A stretch of DNA of 45,132 nt, the filler included, from Sphacelaria rigidula (taxonomy: Eukaryota), in the NCBI GenBank assembly GCA_964200075.2. It is 2 parts of 2 records of this genome, joined end to end, with 100 filler letters (N's around TTAATTAATTAA, not from the genome) between each part and the next. Parts side by side here need not be neighbours in the genome. Positions count along the whole stretch, not along the records: positions 22,621 to 45,132 come from CAXNAA020000330.1; 1 more part is not named here. One strand, written 5' to 3'. The notes beneath the pieces were generated by a model. The model saw only the letters and a program-made list of their open reading frames with translations. It ran no database searches and was not told the DNA's origin. Every line of letters starts with the position of its first letter. Positions within the stretch are counted from its first letter, which is position 1. Positions 25,008 to 36,100 of the stretch are shown here, piece after piece. A program made the translations under genes and the position numbers.

Positions 25008-28000
25008 GCGGGCCCGGCGCGGGGACACACCAACAAGAAACGTTTTGGGTGGACGCTCCGCGGAAAACAAACCCNNNNNNNNNGGGGGGGGGGTGGGGGG
25101 TGGGGGGGGGCGGGGGGGGGGGGGGGGGAACTGTTCGCGGCGCAGCCCGGAAGCTCACCAAGTAAACCGTACGTGTTTGCAAGTTAACCCGCGGAAAATT
25201 CTACGCCAGCGACGAGACCCGCGAGGCGCGGTATGACCATCCCGAATAATCACAGCCTTCAAAATGAGCACATACTTCCTCGACAGGTCTGTAGTGTTGT
25301 TGAACACTAAGCAGACGCATCAGCAGCATGCAGTAAATTGAGTTCAGTGGAGAGCGATGGCACGCTGACTGCTTATATATAGCCCTTGTATCCAGCGGAG
25401 ACCTACCGCACACATACTGACTCTGTAGGCTTTTGACTCCAAGGTCAAAACCGGTCAGGCGTTCTCCGGGACTATTTTCTATGTAGATGCCCAGCATCCA
25501 CATGATATTGTCTGGCGAGAGTAGAGCTGTTTTGAACCCCAGATTTGGCATAGTCCATCTCAGTCCAACTGAGGGGGTTGCTGTCTGAGCGTTAACTCTA
25601 CTGTCGAAAACCGCTAGGTCACCCTCACTTTGACATAGTGTTTCTCACCTTTTTTGTCTGGTGAAAAATGGCCCTCTACGGTTGCACCATTTCAGAACAA
25701 AAAGGCTGCACTTTTTTGCGCACAGTATTAACACTTCTTTTTTGCAGCTATTCACGGTTAGGACGAATCATCACGACTACGAGTCACCAAGTCCACGATT
25801 TCTTCGGCCTGACTGCCCGAAAGGGAGAAAAAAGTTGACCGCTGCTACAAGGGGTATCCACACAACGTGTGCGCCATTCCACGTGTCTGGGCTACGTGTA
25901 CCTGGGCTGCAACGTTGAAAACAAAGCCTGGGGATTGATTTGTACGAGTCGAATCAATGATACCAAAACCAAGTAATTTTCAGATGAATCATTATTCGTC
26001 CGACCCTTGAAGCTTTTCACCATCACTTGTCCAGAGTGTGAAAAAAAGGATCTCGGCGAGATACGAAGAGAAGACATGTGTCTTCGGGGGTTTCGAAAAG
26101 TGGCACAAAGTGACTGCGCCGAGATTCGAACTCGTCCCAACAGCCATACGGTTTCGACGTTATCCAACAGGGACCCAGGGGCGACCAGAATGCAACGCAT
26201 ATTAACACACGAGGACGATAAATCGAATATTCCCCCCCAAAGCCGAGGAGCCATCCCCACCGCCGCATTAGTACAGGGTGTGCACAAAACTAATGACCCA
26301 AGCAGTAACAGTAGTTTGTGGGTCGTGGGGGGGGGGGCGTACTCCTTTGTTGTTTGCCTCAAGTCACTTGACCATATTGACCACGCATCCCTCTCGAGGT
26401 GGAGCACCTCTGGTTGGGGGGGGAAGAAGGGACGGGCGACTTGACACCAAGAAGCTTTTGACCGAAGATCTTGGTGGAATGCAAAAAGCGTCGCCACTTG
26501 GTCGACATCACCCGACGATCTTTCATTATCCTGCGTTACGCTAGTCTCCATCCATCCATCCATCCATCCACACAATACAACGCCTCAAACTGAACGAAGT
26601 CTCGTGGCTCCTTTGGGACTACTGATAATTCGTCCGGACCTTTCCCCAATCGCCCGGTATAGCCCCTCTCTCCCGCCTCTCTCCCTCGACAAATTCTTCA
26701 AAATCCCTTCACCAAAATCCCATGGACCGCACTGATATACCTTATCAACAACACTACTGCAACTTGAACCAACCTGCCCCTCGTGATGCTCCAATTTTTG
26801 CTCCTTGTCGTTTTGCCATAATGGATCCGCCGATTGCGAATTGTCATCAGCTGACTCGCCCCCTGCAATCGGTTCCCCCCCCCCCCCCCCGCCCGCCGCC
26901 TGTTCTGTCTCTCCCCCCCCCCCGCCGCCATCACCGCCTCCTGCTCCTCCCTGATGCTCCGAAATTTTTGGGATCGCACTAGTTTCGAATTTTGGTGTCC
27001 GTGCCTAGACGGGCCGGTCACACAACATTAGCAACAAAAATGAGAAAAAAATAACAGGTGGAAAATAGTGACGACGACATGCATAGTAACAACGGAAGAA
27101 CTAATACGTATTTTGTGCCTCGCCGGCCGGGCGGCCGTACACCACCAGCACACGAGAAGAAAAAAAGAGGGAGGGGCGTGAAGAACGAGTAAAAACATAA
27201 ATAGATGCGAAAAGTCAACTATTATAGTTGTTCACCTGCAGAGTGATCACCTGTATGACTGTAAACTGGACGAAGACGTTACAGATGCAGATCCAACGGT
27301 GGATTGATAAAAAATCCATAAATTTGGTAAATCTGCACAGCCGAGTTCCGGGATTCCAGGCGACAGTATCTCGTCGGTAAAAACAATTCAACATAACAAG
27401 AGCCACCGCCCGTCCCCTGGGAGTCACAACCGATTATGTACCCGGTGAATGCCCAAGAGCCGAGGCTCACAAGAGTGGTAGGGCGGTACGTGTACTGCGC
27501 CAAGTTGACGAGAGGTTTCAGTGGGTTCGATCCTCGAGACTGCCGCGAGCAAAGTGCTCCGAAGGCTGGGGGAGTCTACCCCCACATGACTGCCGCAAGG
27601 CGGATTAGCAGAGCATCCGGGCAATCGGCAAACTTGCCCGTTCGCGGGGGAAGCAATAGGTGAGGTTCCCTCGTTCTTTGAAGGAAAAAAAATGAAGACA
27701 ATAAATACATGATGCAGGTCGAATCGACAGCCCGTCACTTGACCATGGCTACTCCTTGATCTTGACGCCAATATTTCAAGGAAGATAATCACACCTCACC
27801 TCGCTCGCGGCTCAACGCTTCACATAAATGTTGTAGAGGTTCGAATGAAACAAAAACTTTGCCATGCGATGCATAGCTTCAGAAATGGTTGTGGATAGTG
27901 GGGATGATTTCGACACTAGTCACTTCGTGTGTGATTGTTATACTGTATGCCCCACGAGGAGAAAAAAAAAAGAAGCTGGATTGAACGCAAAAAAAAAGAG

Positions 28001-31000
28001 TAAAAGGTGGCCAAGACAAGAAAAAACTTGATAGACAGGGATGGGATACATCAAGATTTGATCGTGGAGAAATGACGGAACTTTTTATTCATGGTTGGCA
28101 ACTGAATCAAATATAGAGCTTCATGTGAAAGGTGGTGAATGGTTGACAGACAATTGTTACCACAATTGTCGCTCGGCAAGTAAAAAAAAGACATGGTGGG
28201 GAAAACCCCGGAAGGCATCGTCTCCGACCAGCCTACCGAAAGAGCGAACAGCAAACCATCCAACAGCTCCCTCTCTTGCGTCACTGTCACACACTGCCAA
28301 CTTTCAGGGGCAACACCCACGCTACTGCTACAAGACCAAACCAACCAGCGGTGGCAATGGCAATATGAAAATCATTCAACTCATGGCAGCACTACCATCA
28401 CGACGCTCACGAAATCATCTTACGGCAGCACGACCTTCACTACTCCACGACGACCACCTTACAGCAACAGCAGTACACCCCACCAAGCACAGAAAACGAT
28501 AAATTGACCGTCACTAAATAAAAAAAGGTCGCTTGACCCCCTCCATCGAACCACTGACCTCTTCCACCCTGCGCTCTTCCCCCCCAGGAAAGTTGGAGTT
28601 CAGCACGGCGCCCACATTTAAACCCAACAGAACAAGCGCTGCCGCGGCAAGTGCCAGCTGCCAAAACGCGACGCGTTGCCGCTTGCTTCCTGGACCTGGA
28701 CAAGAATGACATTACGTAACGCGTGATGCATTGCAGCATCAGTAAACACAGTTTTGTGACAACGACTTCTCGTTGCTTCCCTATCCTCCCCTCTTCAAAC
28801 TTGGTCAGGGGAGGGGGTTTTGGTGGGCCAAGACCTCGCTTCTACACACAGTAGCTAGAGTACAGGACGTCAGCAAGACGATGATGAGGAGGTGGAAGTG
28901 TCACGCACTCTGCTTCGTCATAATTTACCACATCGCGGAAATCTGATGGAAAAAATGAGAGCTGGAATGTAGCCAGTACTCCCATACTTTCATCCGTGCT
29001 GGTGTTTCTCGTTACAGCAGCAAGCTCATCACATCGTTGACGACCTCGCCATATCAGGTTGGCCCAAGCGGAGAAAAACGAACTGTTTCCAGAGAATCTT
29101 CGTCCCCAGATTGGGAGCTGTTTCCGTGTGGTGTGTTGTCTCCATAGCAATTGTATCATGGACGCCAGTCTACAATTTTCGGTGAATGTGGGCACATCAG
29201 CCTGGGTTACACAGGAGTAATGTCAACACAGCCGCGTTTTTTTTTCTTCCAACTTTTATTACTACTCCATCTTTTGTCTGCGGTGCTTGCCTTCCTGTTT
29301 GCTCCGGGAATGGCTTATAGAGGTACCTTTTCCCCCGTGGACTGTGGAGTCGAACTTCGTGTACCCACGACGACACAGTCGCTCTTCACTGTCGAGCATG
29401 GTGCGAGAAAAAAGAAAAGAAAAAACGTGTGACTTCACCGAGTTCCAGACCCGCGTCGCAACCGTCAGAAGCTCTCGCGGTTATGTTAGCGTCTGGAATC
29501 TTCTTGAGATGAGCAAGAGAATCAACCCCACGAAGATCATCGCGATCATCATACCATGGTCCGCTTCGTGTTGTCCTGTTCACCCCAGCTCGTCCACGCA
29601 AATCCATCGTTGACACATATTTGGATAACCCCAATTTCAACAAGGCCTACCAAGACCCCTCGGGCAAGAGGGCTAATAAAATGGGTGCCCTGGTAGTCAA
29701 AGGGCGCATTGGCAGACCTCAAATCGGTGCCTCGGTGCGATTTCTACAAAAACATGCTCCGCACACTCTGTGAGAGCGCTCGGACCTGTGAGCCCGACGG
29801 AAGATCCGTACCTCGACGTTCACACTTAGCCTCAAGGCCGCGGTGCGGGTAGTCCATCTGGATCACCTGTACTTTTTCAAGTGAATAATAAAGCCGATTC
29901 AGCAAGTGACCTACCCTCGCGGTCGAAGTATTGACTGAGGAATGTTTCAACCATGAATCTGGGTTGGCGAACTGAAGATTACTTCGCCACTCAACGCTTC
30001 GACTGCCGGAGGCCTGGTCAATACACGGAATCAGTCCATCATTTTTAGTTGTTCATCACTGACTTGTGTTAAAAAAAAATGATACCGATTCCGTCAATGG
30101 ATAGCCTTCGGCGGACTAAAGGATAACACTGTTTGGCGGCCGGAATGGGCGGGTCATTACGATCGACTCTTGTACAACGAGAGTAGGTCATCTGTTAAAT
30201 TGGCATAGAACAAGTGTGCAAGATCCAGATGGACTACCCGCATCGCGATGTAACGGTCAAGCAAAATGTACAACCGTCATCTTCTTGTTTCAAATAAAAT
30301 ACCAAAAAATGATGCCGAGTCCACAACATATGAAGCCACTCGAGCGAGCCATGAGGTCGCACGTATTGTACTAAATTTAGTACGCCAATGCATCACCACT
30401 CTTGTACATCGAGCCTCATCAACCGTAACGATTGCCAATGCCGGAACACATACTTTTTTTTTTGCACCAGAGGTTCGGTTAAACCGTCGAATGCTGAAAG
30501 GACAGCCGTTCAAGGGGCGGGTTGTGCGAGAGGGCGAGAGGGGGCTAACAGTTCTTTGAATCAGCATCTGCACCCGAACCGGTCCATCACTTTCCGACAC
30601 CGGAAGTTGGGTGTATGGCGTCGCTCCAGTTCTGGACCTTGCAGCAAACCTTGACGCTTTCCTTAGCTCTGTGACTTTCTTTAGCATGGATCCCTTTGTG
30701 CCCGAGGGTCACAGTGAATTTTATATGAAGATTCGGGGTAGTGTTACGGTTGGATTGGGTTGGTGTGATCAACCATGGCACGAGGGACCACATTGCAGAC
30801 AAGTAAACTGCACTCCAGATCCTCAAAAGATGGCCAATAAATGTGCATTTTTAAGGACTTGGAAGTGTCATACATCTGTTCCCTCTAGTTACTGTAGGCT
30901 TCCGTTCAACTTTGTTTTGGGGCATGAATCTGAATCGGTTACGAGGGTACTGAGTGTTGAAAAACATATCCAGTTTCACAAGTTGGGATGAGGTGATCAT

Positions 31001-32714
31001 GGCCATACTTCATTTTTATCCATTATTCTCGACTCGTTCGACCAACGAAATGCCACCGCAACAACATTCATCATCATGTTCGTCACATTAGCTCGATCTC
31101 TCGAACCTATGGTCACAGAGTATAAACCAAAAATGTCCGTTGTCCCGCACACAAGGTTTAAATGAGCAGGGTGACACCTGCATCCATTGGACTTAAAAGG
31201 CTCTACAAAAAATAGTTTTGCCTAAATACTTGAGATCAGCAACTTCGTGCAACTGATTGCCTGTAGATGACTTTTGGATGAGCAAACCGCAACAGCCGGT
31301 TGTACGTTACGGGAGGAAATTCGCAAGGCGTGTAACCGACCCGCCACACAACCCTCGATGAGGAACTACTCTGGCGGTGTAGAAGCAACTCGCATCACCA
31401 TGACTGCTTAATTCGACAACTGCTGAGCGATTGATTCTAACTTCCAAGGGCAAGTCGAATAGGGTTTACTTCATTGCGGGGTATTTTCAAAGTTGGATTG
31501 TAATACAAAAATAAATGGAAAGCGACCCTTGACACCCTACCCCAATTTGTGTACCTTCAAGTACGATTTTCAAAATACCCCGTGATTGAGTTTACCCTGC
31601 TCGACCTGCCGTTGCAAACTTGCTGTAAACCTACTTTACACCAACGACCGTGAGTCCGTCGCCCTGGTAGCTCAGTTCATAACTCCGGAACTGTCTGGGT
31701 TGGGTCGTGGGTTCGAACGCTGGTGATTGACACAGTCTGGGATTCTTTCAAGGACAGGTCGAGTTGAGTATACTCAATTGCGGGGTATTTTGTAAGAAGT
31801 ACTCGGGGTACTCAAGTTACGGGAGAGTGTGGGGAGTCGTACCCCAAAAATAGCTGGGAAGCAATTCCTGAAATTCTACCCCCAATTTGTGTACGTCAAG
31901 TACGACTTTCGAAATACCTCGCAATTGAGTATACTCTTCTCGACCTACCGTTGTATTCTTTCTCAAACCATGCTCGACATCGGAAAGCGACAATGTCATG
32001 GATACGACCTCACGGTCGACGAGAGAAAGCGACCGCTGAGCCTTCTCCCGATGAAAAAAAATAAGGCAGGCAGAAAAATCTTGGATTTTTTTCGGACTTT
32101 TATCTTCTCAACGAGTACAGCAAGGCACTCCAAACGTTTCAAAAAATCGTATAGCTCTCTTCTAGGGAGTAAAACGAAGTAGGAGCTCCAGAAAGGCGCT
32201 GTTTCAAACGAGGATTCCATCAATGAAGGAAGAAAGAAACACTTGCTCAAATTTCAAACAGGATTCTGTTCACACCTCGAACAGAAAGAGAGATGTTGCT
32301 AGGAGCACATGCAAACGCTCGCCCCAGAACCCAACACAACCTGACTGGAAGAACATGGCGCCCCCGCGAATCAGAAGGACACTGCTCGGGTACATTAAGG
32401 ATTCAATGAGGAAGTATGATACGTGTGAGACGCGCGCACAACACAAACGATCACCAACGGCACAACGGCACGTTTTCGGTTGAAATTTGCTACGCACGCG
32501 GACACCAATCTTCGAATACCCGAGATTTCCGTCAAACAACGACTGCTGCGTAGATTGGCGAAGCTAACGCTGGGACTAATGCGCGTGGATAGTAGATGTA
32601 TGTGGGTGTTTTCTCCGGGCTCGGTATGTAAGTTTTGTCTTACCTTGGTGCGTCTTGTCTGAGACAGTACAGAGATGTTGGGCGAACGACCTCTTCCTGA
32701 ACCGCTGCATTTCT
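23371..32714 (-). CDS. Putative multi-exon gene C, unknown protein
   Basis: Phase-consistent core: 29555-29646 (LVEIGVIQICVNDGFAWTSWGEQDNTKRTM), 28988-29201, 28864-28942 (FRDVVNYDEAECVTLPPPHHRLADV), 27800-27876 (YASHGKVFVSFEPLQHLCEALSRER). Other exon-like segments at ~32644-32712, ~26440-26531, ~25417-25558 (WTMPNLGFKTALLSPDNIMWMLGIYIENSPGERLTGFDLGVKSLQS), ~25238-25288, ~23777-23845 and ~23371-23463 (DGEPVSKAADEFVQKGEEILNSKKVSSEQHK). Ends undefined; may be more than one gene. Confidence 0.5.
25753..26009 (-). mobile_element. hAT-type MITE family 1, complete reverse copy
   Basis: Reverse complement aligns end to end with 14466-14726. TIRs CACGGTTAGGACGAAT / ATTCGTCCGACCCTTG. Flanks CAGCTATT and AAGCTTTT (6/8). 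Confidence 0.85.
26010..26187 (-). mobile_element. tRNA-derived SINE (head and part of body)
   Basis: Minus strand reads GGTCGCCCCTGG...GTTGGATAAC...GGGACGAGTTCGAATCTCGGCGCAGTCAC, with a Pol III B-box-like GTTCGAATC. Related heads lie at ~29430-29490 and 31658-31735. Confidence 0.6.
26548..26570. repeat. (TCCA)n microsatellite
   Basis: CCATCCATCCATCCATCCATCCA read directly. Confidence 0.9.
29283..29490 (-). mobile_element. tRNA-derived SINE, degenerate copy
   Basis: Minus-strand TTCTCGCACCATGCTCGACAGTGAAGAGCGACTGTGTC matches plus-strand TTCTCAAACCATGCTCGACATCGGAAAGCGACAATGTC at ~31960-31997. Preceded by a decayed head ending GGTGAAGTCACAC. Confidence 0.6.
29839..30247. mobile_element. ~410-bp foldback (long imperfect palindrome) element
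   Basis: Outer inverted repeat CGCGGTGCGGGTAGTCCATCTGGATC (29839-29864) / 30222-30247 (25/26). Middle arms TGACCTACCCTCG / CGAGAGTAGGTCA. Inner arms ACGGAATCAGT..ATCATTTTTT / AAAAAAATGATACCGATTCCGT. Confidence 0.8.
31445..31614. mobile_element. hAT-type MITE family 2, copy A
   Basis: ~45-bp imperfect TIRs (CAAGGGCAAGTCGA...GCGGGGTATTTTCAAA / TTTCAAAATACCCCG...TCGACCTGCCGTTG). Flanks CTAACTTC and CAAACTTG (6/8). Confidence 0.75.
31658..32072 (+). mobile_element. tRNA-derived SINE interrupted by a MITE
   Basis: GTCGCCCTGGTAGCTCAGTT (A-box-like) and GTCGTGGGTTCGAA (B-box-like). The body resumes after 31953 and matches the 29283 copy. Confidence 0.7.
31749..31953. mobile_element. hAT-type MITE family 2, copy B
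   Basis: ~50-bp TIRs CAAGGACAGGTCGAGTTGAGTATACTCAATTGCGGGGTATTT / AAATACCTCGCAATTGAGTATACTCTTCTCGACCTACCGTTG. 8-bp TSD GATTCTTT / TATTCTTT (7/8). Confidence 0.85.
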
Positions 32715-33044
32715 GAACGTGTGTGAATCTGGGGTGCGATCCGGACAAATCTGCTCCTCGACGGAACTCGAACTGGTCGTTGTGGGGGCACTCTCCTCTC
32801 AAAGAAGGATTTTTGCAGAGATTACGGACGTTCCCCCTTGATAAGAACCCACCTAACCTAACTTCACCTAGGCATACGAGAAATCTTAGCTATGATGGGT
32901 GCACAGGCTGCTCTAGGCAAAGGGTGCGCTGGAAGACCTCAAGCTGGCGGAGCAGACACTAATATGAACGAAGAGACCTTAGGGGATACTGGGAGCACAT
33001 AGGACAGTGATTCCATCGTAGTATCGGAATATTCGTGCGCACTC

Positions 33045-33088
33045 GGAAGTCAAGTAATTTGACACTAGGAAGTCAAGTAATTTGACAC
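33045..33088. repeat. Perfect 21-bp direct repeat containing a GTCAA-N5-TTGAC dyad, possible regulatory site
   Basis: GGAAGTCAAGTAATTTGACAC at 33045-33065 and 33068-33088, separated by TA, between divergent gene candidates C and D. Confidence 0.85.
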
Positions 33089-33184
33089 CTGTACGATCAA
33101 GGCGTGAGGTTTTCCGCACGTCGGACGGAAACCGCGAAGAGTTTTCCAGGGCTTTGTGTAGTGGCGTCTGATCCCCGGTTGCAG

Positions 33185-36100
33185 TTTCGATGGCGGAGTG
33201 TTTCGCACTGCGGGCGTTGATGGCCTACAAACTGGTGTACCCAAATGATTACATAACATTTGCCGGTACCCGTGTGAGGAATGACGCCCGAACCGCGTCG
33301 GAAAGAGATGCGGTGGGGGTAAATACTGGTCATTCGGGTCCTTTGTGTGCGCTTGTTAGTCAATGTTGTAAACGCTTTTGCCGCCCACCTTCTTTTATGC
33401 TCGCACCTCCCGACAAACGGGAAAATGTCGGAGGTGGATGATCACTTTTTTTTGTGATGAAAATGATGAGCGGTAAACAGCAATCTAAATGTGTGTCTGT
33501 TGTGTGTATGTTGTCATCCCATCTCTTGTGGACGCCAGTTCACGTCTGTGGATGTATGTTGGCGATTTCAGCTCATGTACAAAAATCAACCATAAGTATT
33601 TTGTGCTGCAGCATGCGAGGAGGGTCTGCACTATTGCACCGCTTCCAAAATTTCGTGAGAAAATACACCACAGTACCACAGATCAGAGATGATGTTGTTC
33701 ACATTGCACGGACCACTCCGGGATCGACGTACTCCAAACTGTGTCTCACGGGAAGGCGCTCGAGTAGCGTGGATGGGCTCAGTCACAATGCGTTCCAGGG
33801 TTACGCATGCTAATGAAACTGCAAACATGTCTGACTCGCTTTTCGGGGGTGCAGACTGTAAGGAAGAGCGCGGTATAACAGTGCATATGTACACGCCTCG
33901 CAAGTAGATCATAGCGGAAAAGGACACATGGACTACCCATCCCAAATCACAAAAGCACGAGCAAAGGCTGGAATGCAAAGCACGGGTGTACCGTCTGTAG
34001 TGCACACTCAAGTACGAACACAGCACCCAGCACCCAGCAGTCGAGTGCAGCATCCTAAAAGCTTTCGAAAATATCTCGTGCACAATGGGTTGCTGTTTTA
34101 CTATATACAAGTATGTAAAACAGTATCGAACGGAAAACTTGCGGAAAATATCGATAACCTGACGAGCACGAGTTGAACAGGGCAAATGTACGAAGAGCAC
34201 CACATGTACTGTGGCCGCCGCGACAGTTGCAGGATCGGGTGATCTCTCGACATCTAATAATCATGCATCCCTCGCGCCTCTTTATCGAGGGCACCCCTCC
34301 CATTAGTCTCGGGGTCCGGGAACAACTCAGCTTAATCTAATACTCCTAACCCCGAACCCCAGCAGCAGATCAGAACTGTTGGCGTCAAGTGATGTGCCAC
34401 TAAGGCACCGTCCACAGGGACGGCAAGCGATCTCGCTGGGATAATCACAGTTGTGCCACAATTTACGACTACATTTCGGGCGTGAGTTAATTGATGTGCA
34501 ACAATTGGTCCATCGGTGAATGTATCAGTCATATTGCAGCTGTGACACAAATTCCGGCTGAATTCCGGGCATCAGTTGATTGATGTGCGACAATCGGTCC
34601 ATCGGTGAATGCATCAGTCATAAATTATCGATTTTGCTTCCGCGAGCTCTCGGTCCCGTCTATCCTGAGCATGTACTTATATCTATAACCACGGCTATGA
34701 CAACATGGTCCGAAGGACAGTCGTGATGCATGGGTACGAGACATGGGTGTGCGGACTTGAAACCCTCCACAGAACAAAAGGTCGGGACTTCAGCAACGTG
34801 AGAGGATGTGTACCCACCCACTGCGTTCGGATGTTGTCAGCTGTACGCATCAGTCACTGGTACCCTCACGTCACCGACAAATTTCGGCAGTCCGTTGACT
34901 TTGTTACGGCCTTCTTCAATACAGGAGAAGAATAGACCGCAAAAGCACACTCTGCAGTGCTGCGTCTGAACTAATGTTTGGACCGAACTTGCTAATTAAT
35001 TTTTTACAAGGGCTGGCCCACCCAAGCCGTACGGTACATCACCCCACATTGTGACATGCCTCCAGCTTCGAGTATCGAGTGCAAAAACTGCAGACTACCG
35101 GACCCGCCAATGATGCAGATGAACAAACTCAAGCCCACAGCACTGCACGACAAAAACGTACTTTTCTGTACAGTACACGATAGCGCAGTTACACAACACA
35201 TCAACACGAAACAGTACAACAGTACAGTGTTGGGTACAGCAGTGTCGAACAAACAGTACAGTAGCAGTACCCTATGGGTACCTCGGCAAATAAGCCGCAG
35301 TTTGTAAAAGGCTACACACAATGTTCAATTTGAATATAAATTTGGTCAACCGCCAGAGTCAACCATGAGGCTCAGAGTACGGAAAGAGGAACGCCGCCAA
35401 CACAAGACAGGCCTCGCCTGAGGAGAAAAGTTGAACGAGATACATGTCATCGGCGATCAGGATCAGGGCAATCTCTGAATTATGAAGAACTTCGCCGTAA
35501 TGGTGAACACCCTTTCAACTACCTTTTGTGCCGCACCCTGCATGTAGTGTACAAGCGTCTAATGGATGATGTTGACCCGTTGACCGGTCGTGTGGGCCTG
35601 GCTCTCGAATCGGCATCATCTTTCAGAGAAAAGGTTCAGGAGATGGACGATCCACCCTTCAGTGGTAATAACCACCCGCACGCTATGCACACTGTTTTCG
35701 CACATGTCTCGGGAATTTCAGCTTAATATCAACTTGCCGGGGAGGGGGTGGCCAGGGGGTAGCCGGGGGTCCCGCGTTATATATGCCTTCAACAAACCGC
35801 GACAACGGTTGATGAGGTGGAAAGAGGGTTTCGTGGGTACTACAAATAGAGATGTGAAGTGTTGCCATACTTCGGTTCACACAGCCCTACATGTACACAC
35901 GTGTATACACGTAAAATAGACCCACCTTTTCCGAGGCCTCCCACAAACACCCCCGATCGGCTAGGCGAATGGTCCAACATGGTATCCTCCCTACTGCAGC
36001 CGTCGCTACCGGTGACCACTCCAAGGACTGGCCTACCCGATCGGCCCACGAAGAAACGGCACCCTGTGTTGATACGGTCAGCACAAAATAATTCAAGCTT

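Noticed and set aside
22678..25236. Poly-Gly/poly-Pro ORFs
   Set aside because: They are translations of G/C homopolymers beside assembly gaps, and run lengths are unreliable.
25892..26575. Longest ORF in the track (227 aa, minus)
   Set aside because: It starts in a (TGGA)n microsatellite and runs through MITE and SINE sequence; at most a small part is a real exon.
29462..29575. Exon candidate TTRSGPWYDDRDDLRGVDSLAHLKKIPDANITARASD
   Set aside because: Its 3' part is SINE head sequence, and a better donor (ATG|GTATGA at 29554) gives a phase-consistent chain.
31658..31735. Possible tRNA gene
   Set aside because: A- and B-box-like motifs are present but there is no cloverleaf or acceptor stem, and it continues into a repeated SINE body.
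34705..34790. VVMHGYETW resembling the LLYGCETW motif of RTE-type LINE ORFs
   Set aside because: Isolated short match with no neighbouring RT motifs.
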